The position numbers and the translations under genes are program-made. 64,000 nt of DNA. It comes from Octopus vulgaris. Lineage: Eukaryota. A model generated the notes under the pieces. It searched no databases and was not told where the DNA came from. It saw only the letters and a program-made list of their open reading frames with translations. How positions within the stretch are numbered: position 1 is the first letter of the stretch; every line of letters begins with the position of its first letter. Shown here piece after piece: positions 57,701 through 64,000 of this stretch. Location: contig OX597833.1 in assembly GCA_951406725.2 (NCBI GenBank), forward strand, positions 7,378,001 through 7,442,000, given 5' to 3'.

Positions 57701-60700
57701 CGTGCAACCGGCACGGAAGCCAGCCAAGGTGGCGTTGGCATCGGCCATGTTCGGATGGTGCTTTTTATGTGCCACCAGCACAGAAGCCAGTTGAGGAGGC
57801 GCTGGCATCGGCCACGTTCGGATGGTGCATTTTATGTGTCACCGGCACAGAAGCCAGTTGAGGAGGCGCTGGCATCGGCCACGTTCGGATGGTGCTTTTA
57901 TGTGTCACCGGCACAGAAGCCAGTTGAGGAGGCGCTGGCATCGGCCACGTTCGGATGGTGCTTTTTATGTGTCACCGGCACAGAAGCCAGTTGAGGAGGC
58001 GCTGGCATCGGCCACGTTCGGATGGTGCTTTTTATGTGTCACCGGCACAGAAGCCAGTTGAGGAGGCGCTGGCATCGGCCACGTTCGGATGGTGCTTTTT
58101 ATGTGTCACCGGCACAGAAGCCAGTTGAGGAGGCGCTGGCATCGGCCACGTTCGGATGGTGCTTTTTATGTGTCACCGGCACAGAAGCCAGTTGAGGAGG
58201 CGCTGGCATCGGCCACGTTCGGATGGTGCTTTTTATGTGTCACCGGCACAGAAGCCAGTTGAGGAGGCGCTGGCATCGGCCACGTTCGGATGGTGCTTTT
58301 TATGTGTCACCGGCACGGAAAAAGGAATATTAAATGCTATCACACACACACACACTTATGTACAGAATTCTAGCAAGTGCATGTTGGACATTGCTCTGTT
58401 AGTTTTTTTACATTTTGAATTCAATTCTGCCCCAATGTCAGTTCTGTTGTTGACCGTTCCCAAGAACGAACCCAGTCAACTGCAGCAAATCTATTGGCCA
58501 AATTAGAAAAGATTATTCAGTGAGTGGTTGGCAGAACTGGCAGCGCACTGGGCTGAATGTCTAATGGTATTTAGAGATTGTATATTAGGAGAATGAGACT
58601 TGTTGGGTTCAACTTGGGTTTACCTGTTGCTGGGGTTGTTGAAAGTAAATATCAGTTAGGGTTATATAATACATGACAAATAGTTGTACAAAAGCATGAA
58701 ATTCAAACTGCAAATGCAGAAAGAGGAAAAATCCTTTTTTTTTGGCATTTTATTTTATTGGTTAACATAGAAAAGAGCTGACTGTTTAGTTTTGTATATA
58801 AACTCTCAAGTATTGATGGTCTGACACGAATGCCCTTAGTCGACACTGTGAATTATTAGGGATTAGGAAGGACATCAAGTTGTAAAAAGCAAGTAAAAAG
58901 AAAACTTTGATATATGGTATTAGGAAGGGCATCCAGCTGTAGAAACTCTGCCAGATCAAGATTGAAGCCTGGTGCAGCCATCTGGTTCGCCAGCCCTCAG
59001 TCAAGATTGTCCAACCCATGCTAGCATGGAAAGCGGACATTAAACGATGATGATGATACCACCACAACAACAACAGTGGCCAGTTTTCTCTGTTGTTGTG
59101 TATCAAATGAGAAGAGTCTGCAACAAGTGGTGAGTGAAGGAGAAAGGTCTGATGCTGCCAACCATGGGAAAACAGACAACTTTCAATATGAAGGTATGTT
59201 CCGCTAAGTAGAAGTTTAACCCTTTAGCATTTAAACCGGCCATATCCGGCCAAAAGTATTCTGCCTGTTTTATGGTCAAATTGGCCAGATCTGGTCTCTC
59301 ACACCGACCCTACAATAACGTTTGAAAATTAACAGCTACCTCATAGCTACAAGATAATGCATGATTAGTTCATAACAATTTGGATGAAAAAGCATTAATT
59401 TTGGCAGAATAATGTGAACACTAAAGGGTTAAATCTTGCTGAAGGTGACCAGCTTTTATTCCCTCAGGGGTCAGTACAAGCATCTTATCCCCTCTCCCCC
59501 CAGAATAATTTGACAATCTGTTTCATCATGTTCAGCAACTCTTTAAGCTCTAAATTCAAATGCTTTGGAGATCAATATTGCATTCCATCCTTTATGGGTT
59601 AAAACCATACACCAATCAAAAACCGAGGTTGATTACACCAACTCCTCCACCCTTCCTACCCTCATAATAATTTGAGGCTTTATGTTTCTGTTTAAAAATA
59701 TTTCATACCATATCTACACTACCACCACCACCACCAGCGCTGGATTAACCATTAAGCAAAATAAGCACGTGCTAAGGGCATCAAGGGAAGGAGGGGGCAC
59801 TACAGAAATGGTTATTGGTTTACGGTACAAAAGAAATCACTATAAACTTGCTAAAATAATATTCGGGATGCCTTTATCTCTACTAAGTATAAATGGAGAT
59901 GTGTTACTTAAGATTAATTTTGAGGATTTGATTCAAAGACTTTGCCATTCAAAAAAATAGGAGGAAACTTTTCAAATATAAATAAAATGGAAGGAGACAA
60001 AAATAAACAATATTTTCCCTCTTACTGTTTTGTTTCGTTTAGAAAAATAAAAATTTATTTCATGGTTTGTTATCGTTTATATTATAAATTACATAATCTT
60101 TTTATGGGGACACCAAAATCTTTTGAGTGCTTAGGGCCTCGATGGGACTTAATCCGGCTCTGGCCACCACAACCAGAAGTTACCACACGTAACACCATCA
60201 TTGTTACTGCTACCACGAGTAAAACTACTACTACAACTACCACTACCACCATTACCACTAGTACTGTGACCACCACAACCGACTGTATTGTCAGAATCCT
60301 ACTATGACCACCACAACACGACCGTCAACACTTTCACACCAAAAGAAAAACAAACAAAATTTATATTTGAAAAGAAACAAGAACAGCAAATTTACCAAAT
60401 AAAAACAACAAACATAAAATAAATAAATGACAGAAACCCTTTTTAGTGTCGGCAGAAGGCGGGAATTTAAAGGGGTGGCGAGCTGGCAGAATCGTTAGCA
60501 CGCCGGGCGAAATGCGTAGCCGTACTTCGTCTGCCGTTAAGTTCTGAGTTCAAATTCCACTGAGGTCGACTTTGCCTTTCATCCTTTCGGGGTCGATTAA
60601 ATAAGTACCAGTTACGCACTGGGGTCGATATAATCGACTTAATCCGTTTGTCTGTCCTCTCTGTGTTTAGCCCCTTGTGGACAGTAAAGAAATAGGTATC

Positions 60701-61239
60701 AACCCCGAATGTTCAAATGATTCCGAAAGGATGAAAGGCAAAGTCGACCTCGGCGGAATTTGAACTCAGAACGTAGCGGCAAACGAAATACCCATTTCTT
60801 TACTACCCTCAAGGGGCTAAACACAGAGCGGACAAACAAGGACAGACATAGGTATTAAGTCGATTACATCGACCCCAGTGCGTAACTGGTACTTTTTTAA
60901 TCGACCCCGAAAGGATGAAAGGCAAAGTCGACCTCGGCGGAATTTGAACTCAGGACGTGAAGCCGGACGAAATGCTGCGAGCCATTTTGTCCGGCACGCT
61001 AACAATTCTGCAAACTCCCGCCTAAAATATAAGACTAGAAATAATAAAAAATAAAAATGACAAAGGATACTGTTTGGAGTGTTCCAGGTGATGTCTGTGA
61101 TGGTTCCAGTGTTTTCGGCAGAATTGTTCCACTGTTTGGTGAGTTGTACGGAGAGTCTACTGCTGCTTGGTTCCGTCTTCTCTTTCATTTGAGGAATGTC
61201 CCAAAGAAGGACACTTTCAGCCGACGAAGCCAACATCAT
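33444..61239 (-). CDS. NEDD1: Protein NEDD1 / GCP-WD (gamma-tubulin ring complex targeting factor), complete 13-exon gene, 659 aa
   Basis: Hand-assembled join (minus): 61071-61239, 51641-51738, 51164-51280, 49761-49901, 47477-47703, 45012-45192, 43448-43538, 42560-42616, 41008-41138, 39428-39476, 37602-37909, 35840-36142, 33444-33551. All introns are GT-AG, phases are compatible, total 1980 nt with no internal stop. N-terminal WD40 repeats (LASSAESVLLWD; GHSSSVTTIQFNDNGSHIASGSDNGEIIL; VLGSVSADGAVNIWD; SAHKSAITCVKF), an S/T/P-rich linker and a C-terminal helix/coiled coil (DAMEVFTDNVHNDFLRMQMNVLR...LIAENQQLKLENRQLRKNY) match the vertebrate NEDD1 layout as I recall it. Confidence 0.92.
35000..35390 (+). 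mobile_element. Possible non-autonomous Helitron/Helentron-associated element
   Basis: ACCTCTGCC near the 5' end, (ACAA)n, and a 3' hairpin ACCTCTGCCTT..AAGGTGGAGGT. Confidence 0.45.
35840..36142 (-). CDS. NEDD1: NEDD1 exon 12 (Ala/Thr-rich linker plus start of the C-terminal helical region)
   Basis: ttatccag acceptor, AAG|GTACCT donor, 303 nt, phase 0-0. Confidence 0.88.
37602..37909 (-). CDS. NEDD1: NEDD1 exon 11 (S/T/P-rich linker)
   Basis: ctcttcag acceptor, GTAAGA donor, 308 nt open, phase 1 to 0. Confidence 0.85.
39428..39476 (-). CDS. NEDD1: NEDD1 exon 10 (LSNLPADSPFSPSKDS)
   Basis: ttccacag acceptor, GTAAGA donor, phase 0 to 1. Confidence 0.78.
41008..41138 (-). CDS. NEDD1: NEDD1 exon 9 (DALGLFSPASANAS...FAETSLQ)
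   Basis: caatacag acceptor, GTCAGT donor, phase 1 to 0 (needed to connect exons 7 and 10); LGLFSP resembles the NEDD1 linker LGDMFSP motif. Confidence 0.8.
41191..41531 (-). mobile_element. Mariner 3' fragment with an internal inverted duplication
   Basis: SDEEVKTVAKKWLKEQSTKFYEEGIHALIRRWNIAIERNDDYAEK*; the same segment is repeated inverted at 41488-41531. Confidence 0.8.
42560..42616 (-). CDS. NEDD1: NEDD1 putative exon 8 (CVTPDLSHPSSTVNDQRN), symmetric phase 1-1
   Basis: tcgtttcag acceptor, GTGCGT donor, open in frame; not required to keep the reading frame, so less certain. Confidence 0.55.
43448..43538 (-). CDS. NEDD1: NEDD1 exon 7 (NQGRFSSGSFNLSAHMPTTTSPEKAEVTQP)
   Basis: ctattccag acceptor, GTAAGT donor, phase 0 to 1. 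Confidence 0.8.
45012..45192 (-). CDS. NEDD1: NEDD1 exon 6 (TIYMMSLKSALTCVDVCGDLICVGSKQGSLYVFD...SAHKSAITCVKFRK)
   Basis: ttttcattgtag acceptor, GTAAAT donor, 181 nt, phase 2 to 0. Confidence 0.92.
45255..45460 (-). mobile_element. CR1/L2-type LINE 3' end
   Basis: FQKHFFTLRVAEAWNKLPASVV...SFK, then a short UTR and (TTA)n tail. Confidence 0.75.
47477..47703 (-). CDS. NEDD1: NEDD1 exon 5 (AINDLCYSPHKASVLGSVSADGAVNIWD...VGLDGELALFDTSTF)
   Basis: AAG acceptor after a pyrimidine tract, GTAAGT donor, 227 nt, phase 0 to 2, two WD40 blades. Confidence 0.93.
49761..49901 (-). CDS. NEDD1: NEDD1 exon 4 (GHSSSVTTIQFNDNGSHIASGSDNGEIIL...PRVQ)
   Basis: CAG acceptor, GTAAGA donor, 141 nt, clear WD40 repeat. 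Confidence 0.93.
49995..51045 (-). mobile_element. Degenerate Tc1/mariner element with a family D insertion
   Basis: Imperfect TIRs TA(C/T)AGGGTGC...AAA(C/T)TGT; C-terminal remnant VQKICRRFRSRLEVVVEANSDFIE. Confidence 0.7.
51164..51280 (-). CDS. NEDD1: NEDD1 exon 3 (VGQKCIALGAKDRIIAAAGQDNLLHVYHLTGSSQTTTLS)
   Basis: tttcctacag acceptor, GTAAGT donor, 117 nt, WD40 blade. Confidence 0.9.
51641..51738 (-). CDS. NEDD1: NEDD1 exon 2 (TILGVFQNYGPIFFGSVGELTNTEQTLKNTSM)
   Basis: CAG acceptor preceded by TTCCTTGAC branch site; GTAAGT donor; phase 1 to 0 links exons 1 and 3. Confidence 0.85.
53529..53566 (-). ncRNA. Minimal hammerhead-like motif with a variant core
   Basis: TCTTT-CTGTCGA-A-GAGC GTAG GCTC-GAAA-CG-TA|AAAGA; A6 replaced by U; lies in a ~270-bp insert in a (TA)n tract. 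Confidence 0.45.
56782..57350 (+). mobile_element. Mariner 5' fragment
   Basis: TA-CGAGGTCTGATCAATAAGTATCC end; MSHTQVYEWFRCF.DGR..DERSGRP and VSAKFVPKLL (WVPREL-like). Confidence 0.8.
57467..58320 (-). mobile_element. Family D retroposon 3' end with (GAT)n tail and an internal 67-bp tandem array (~10 units); other copies near 31170-31370, 31790-31960, 36460-36790, 39590-39820, 40596-40950, 44030-44355, 46750-47210, 50075-50260, 51840-52090, 52750-53047
   Basis: Shared GAGTGGTTGGCGTTAGGAAGGGCATCCAGC...AACCCATGCTAGCATGG...TAAACGATGATGAT; 67-bp unit starts at 57670, 57737, 57804, 57871, 57937, 58004, 58071, 58138, 58205, 58272. Confidence 0.85.
59220..59428. mobile_element. TTAA-flanked piggyBac-type MITE (second, inverted copy at 56249-56472)
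   Basis: TTAA-CCCTTTAG...CTAAAGGG-TTAA. Confidence 0.75.
59735..60162 (+). mobile_element. Non-autonomous hAT element
   Basis: TIRs CAGCGCTGGATTAA / TTAATCCGGCTCTG; 8-bp TSD ACCACCAC / GCCACCAC; dimerisation-domain remnant LSLLSINGDVLLKINFEDLI. Confidence 0.75.
60473..61022. mobile_element. SINE family C, inverted pair (60473-60697 +, 60790-61022 -); further copies near 7795-8010, 8090-8320, 10405-10620, 34490-34980, 35390-35745
   Basis: Shared GAGCTGGCAGAATCGTTAGCACG...GTTCAAATTCC...GAGGTCGACTTTGCCTTTCATCCTTTCGGGGTCGAT, often next to (AAT)n. Confidence 0.85.
61071..61239 (-). CDS. NEDD1: NEDD1 exon 1 (MMLASSAESVLLWDIPQ...ITDITWNTPN)
   Basis: ATG at 61239; ends phase 1 at donor GTATCCTTT (U12 type). 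Confidence 0.9.
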
Positions 61240-61491
61240 GGAATGAAGACCACAACTTCACTTTCTTCGACGTTTGTTCTTTGAAGTTTGCCGCCGCTGC
61301 CGCTGCCGCCGGGAAAAACGAACGTGGAACCCTTCTTGCAGGGCGTAATTGACGTCGTTCGGTACTCGAAACCCTTATTAATTAGGGAAACAAACGGGAG
61401 ACGTCCACAGAAATCTTCCGGAATCTTCGGGAAGGAAAAAGTCTCGAAACTTCCGAGACTGAAAGGATTTTAAAAATGTCAGAATGTCTCA

Positions 61492-61506
61492 TTCAAATCT
61501 CGCGGC
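61492..61506 (-). promoter_or_regulatory. Candidate CDE/CHR element in the CpG-rich NEDD1 promoter / 5' region (about 61240-61600)
   Basis: Minus strand GCCGC-GAGA-TTTGAA about 255 nt upstream of the ATG. Confidence 0.3.
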
Positions 61507-61781
61507 AGCGCCCTCTTCCGACACATGTGACTGGCAAGGGAGACGACTATCACAAAACAGCTTAAAACAGTAAAGTTAGGAGTTATCGCCCCTTAGAATT
61601 CCTAGCTAAAACAACGAAACCAAAAGGAAAATAAAGCGAATGAATTTTATAATTTTATAGTGTATTCATGTATTAGAGCGTCGGAAAAAAATATCTTGTA
61701 ATATTTGTTCAGGTTTTTCACGTTCTAGGTTCAAATCTTGATGAGATAAGCTTAACTTTTTATCCGTCTGATGTCGATAAT

Positions 61782-63422
61782 AAAAGTATCCGTGAAAAAA
61801 CTAAGGTCGGTGTTTTCATTAACACTTTTTTGCTCAAAACTGATGGTTTTGTGCATAAATTAAAAATTATTAGCCAGGTTAGGGAGGGATTTTTTTAATT
61901 AGGCGGAAAATGGAGGTATTTTATTAAGGTAGTGAAAAAATATCTTTTATTTACGCAGCAAAAGTATCTGTGAAAAATCTGAGGTCGATGTTTTTGATTT
62001 ATACTTTCTTTTACTCAAAACTGATGGTTTTGTGCATAAATTAAAAATTATTAGCCAGACGGTAAGGGAGGGATTTTTTTAATTAGGCGGAAAATGGAGG
62101 TATTTTATTAAGGTAGTGAAAAAATATCTTTTATTTATGCAGCAAAAGTATCTGTGAAAAATCTGAGGTCGATGTTTTTGATTAACACTTTCTTTTACTC
62201 AAAACTGATGGTTTTGTGCATAAATTAAAAATTATTAGCCAGACGGTAAGGGAGGGATTTTTTTAATTAGGCGGAAAGGAGGGGTATTTTATTAAGGTAA
62301 GTAGTGAAAAAATATCTTTTATTTACGCAGCAAAAGTATCTGTGAAAAATCTGAGGTCGATGTTTTTGATTAACACTTTCTTTTACTCAAAACTGATGGT
62401 TTTGTGCATAAATTAAAAATTATTAGCCAGGTTAGGGAGGGATTTTTTTAATTAGGCGGAAAATGGAGGTATTTTATTAAGGTAGCGAAAAAATATCTTT
62501 TATTTACGCAGCAAAAGTATCTGTGAAAAATCTGAGGTCGATGTTTTTGATTAACACTTTCTTTTACTCAAAACTGATGGTTTTGTGCATAAAGTAAAAA
62601 TTATTAGCCAGACGGTAAGGGAGGGATTTTTTTAATTAGGCGGAAAATGGAGGTATTTTATTAAGGTAGTGAAAAAATATCTTTTATTTACGCAGCAAAA
62701 GTATCTGTGAAAAATCTGAGGTCGATGTTTTTGATTAATACTTTCTTTTACTCAAAACTGATGGTTTTGTGCATAAATTAAAAATTATTAGCCAGACGGT
62801 AAGGGAGGGATTTTTTTAATTAGGCGGAAAGGAGGGGTATTTTATTAAGGTAGTGAAAAAATATCTTTTATTTACGCAGCAAAAGTATCTGTGAAAAATC
62901 TGAGGTCGATGTTTTTGATTAATACTTTCTTTTACTCAAAACTGATGGTTTTGTGCATAAATTAAAAATTATTAGCCAGGAGGTTAGGGAGGGATTTTTT
63001 TAATTAGGCGGAAAATGGAGGTATTTTATTAAGGTAGTGAAAAAATATCTTTTATTTACGCAGCAAAAGTATCTGTGAAAAATCTGAGGTCGATGTTTTT
63101 GATTAATACTTTCTTTTACTCAAAACTGATGGTTTTGTGCATAAATTAAAAATTATTAGCCAGACGGTAAGGGAGGGATTTTTTTAATTAGGCGGAAAAT
63201 GGAGGTATTTTATTAAGGTAGTGAAAAAATATCTTTTATTTACGCAGCAAAAGTATCTGTGAAAAATCTGAGGTCGATGTTTTTGATTTATACTTTCTTT
63301 TACTCAAAACTGATGGTTTTGTGCATAAAGTAAAAATTATTAGCCAGACGGTAAGGGAGGGATTTTTTTAATTAGGCGGAAAGGAGGGGTATTTTATTAA
63401 GGTAGTGAAAGAAATATCTTTT
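61782..63422. repeat. Tandem satellite, ~184-bp unit, ~9 copies
   Basis: GTATC(T/C)GTG anchor at 61786, 61964, 62148, 62336, 62517, 62701, 62885, 63069, 63253. Confidence 0.95.
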
Positions 63423-64000
63423 AGTTAGGTAGCAAAGAAAGCTAAGAGTATTTAAACCACAAGAGTAATAGAGCGGTAAGGTACACGGTAAAATTACGCG
63501 AAGGTTGAAAAATTTACAGGGTGTCCATAAATTATCTTTACATATTTTACACTTGTACATTTCAAAATGTAAAGATAATTTATGCGCTCACTGCGCACTA
63601 ACTGAACTCTCGGGTCGGTGAAAAATGTTTAGTCCGTCTCCTCGTCGATACTATAGACTTCTTCACACACACACGCGCACACATACTCTCACACACACAT
63701 ACTCTCTCTCTCACACACACACATACACAAACTCTCTCATACAAACACACACACGCACGCCCACACACATATACACACACACGCACGCCCACACACATAT
63801 ACACACACACGCACGCCCACACACATATACACACACACGCACGCCCACACACATATACACACACATACTCTCTCTGTCACACACACACACACACACAAAC
63901 ACGCACACATACTCTCTGGTGGTAGGAGAGTCATTCAGGTAGGAAGTGGACAAACGCAGACGAAGACAGAAGGATCCGGGTAGAAGGAAGAGATATTTGA

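Larger units (their letters stand above)
51739..61070 (-). other. U12-type (minor spliceosome) GT-AG intron, NEDD1 intron 1, 9332 nt
   Basis: 5' splice site GTATCCTTT (61070-61062); branch site TTCCTTGAC (51764-51756), branch A about 18 nt from the 3' end. Confidence 0.9.

Noticed and set aside
57670-58320. Regular repeat array resembling a CRISPR
   Set aside because: Units are head-to-tail with no unique spacers, lie inside a eukaryotic retroposon, and no cas genes are present
60817-61070. C-terminal part of the 140-aa ORF 60817-61239
   Set aside because: Read-through into intron 1 and a SINE; the real exon ends at 61071

Overview
This is eukaryotic, microsatellite- and SINE-rich DNA. Its repeat landscape looks like a coleoid cephalopod (Octopus-like); that is an inference, not a database result. 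Almost every ORF in the supplied track is a microsatellite or transposon artefact. Reading splice sites by hand gives two convergent spliced genes. (1) A complete NEDD1/GCP-WD gene on the minus strand, 61239->33444: 13 exons, all phases compatible, 1980 nt, 659 aa. Its 9.3-kb first intron has textbook U12 (minor spliceosome) signals. (2) The 3' part of an uncharacterised plus-strand gene, with exons at 3373-3450, 5754-5881, 7028-7100 and candidate alternative last exons at 21384-21497 and 24012-24038. The rest is SINEs, RTE/CR1 LINE and Penelope remnants, Tc1/mariner, hAT and piggyBac-type elements, and a 184-bp satellite just upstream of NEDD1. The most notable extra signals are hammerhead-ribozyme motifs in small elements beside (TA)n tracts, one of which (23679-23772, minus) has an essentially intact type I fold, and several near-perfect intronic fold-backs that could be dsRNA/ADAR substrates.
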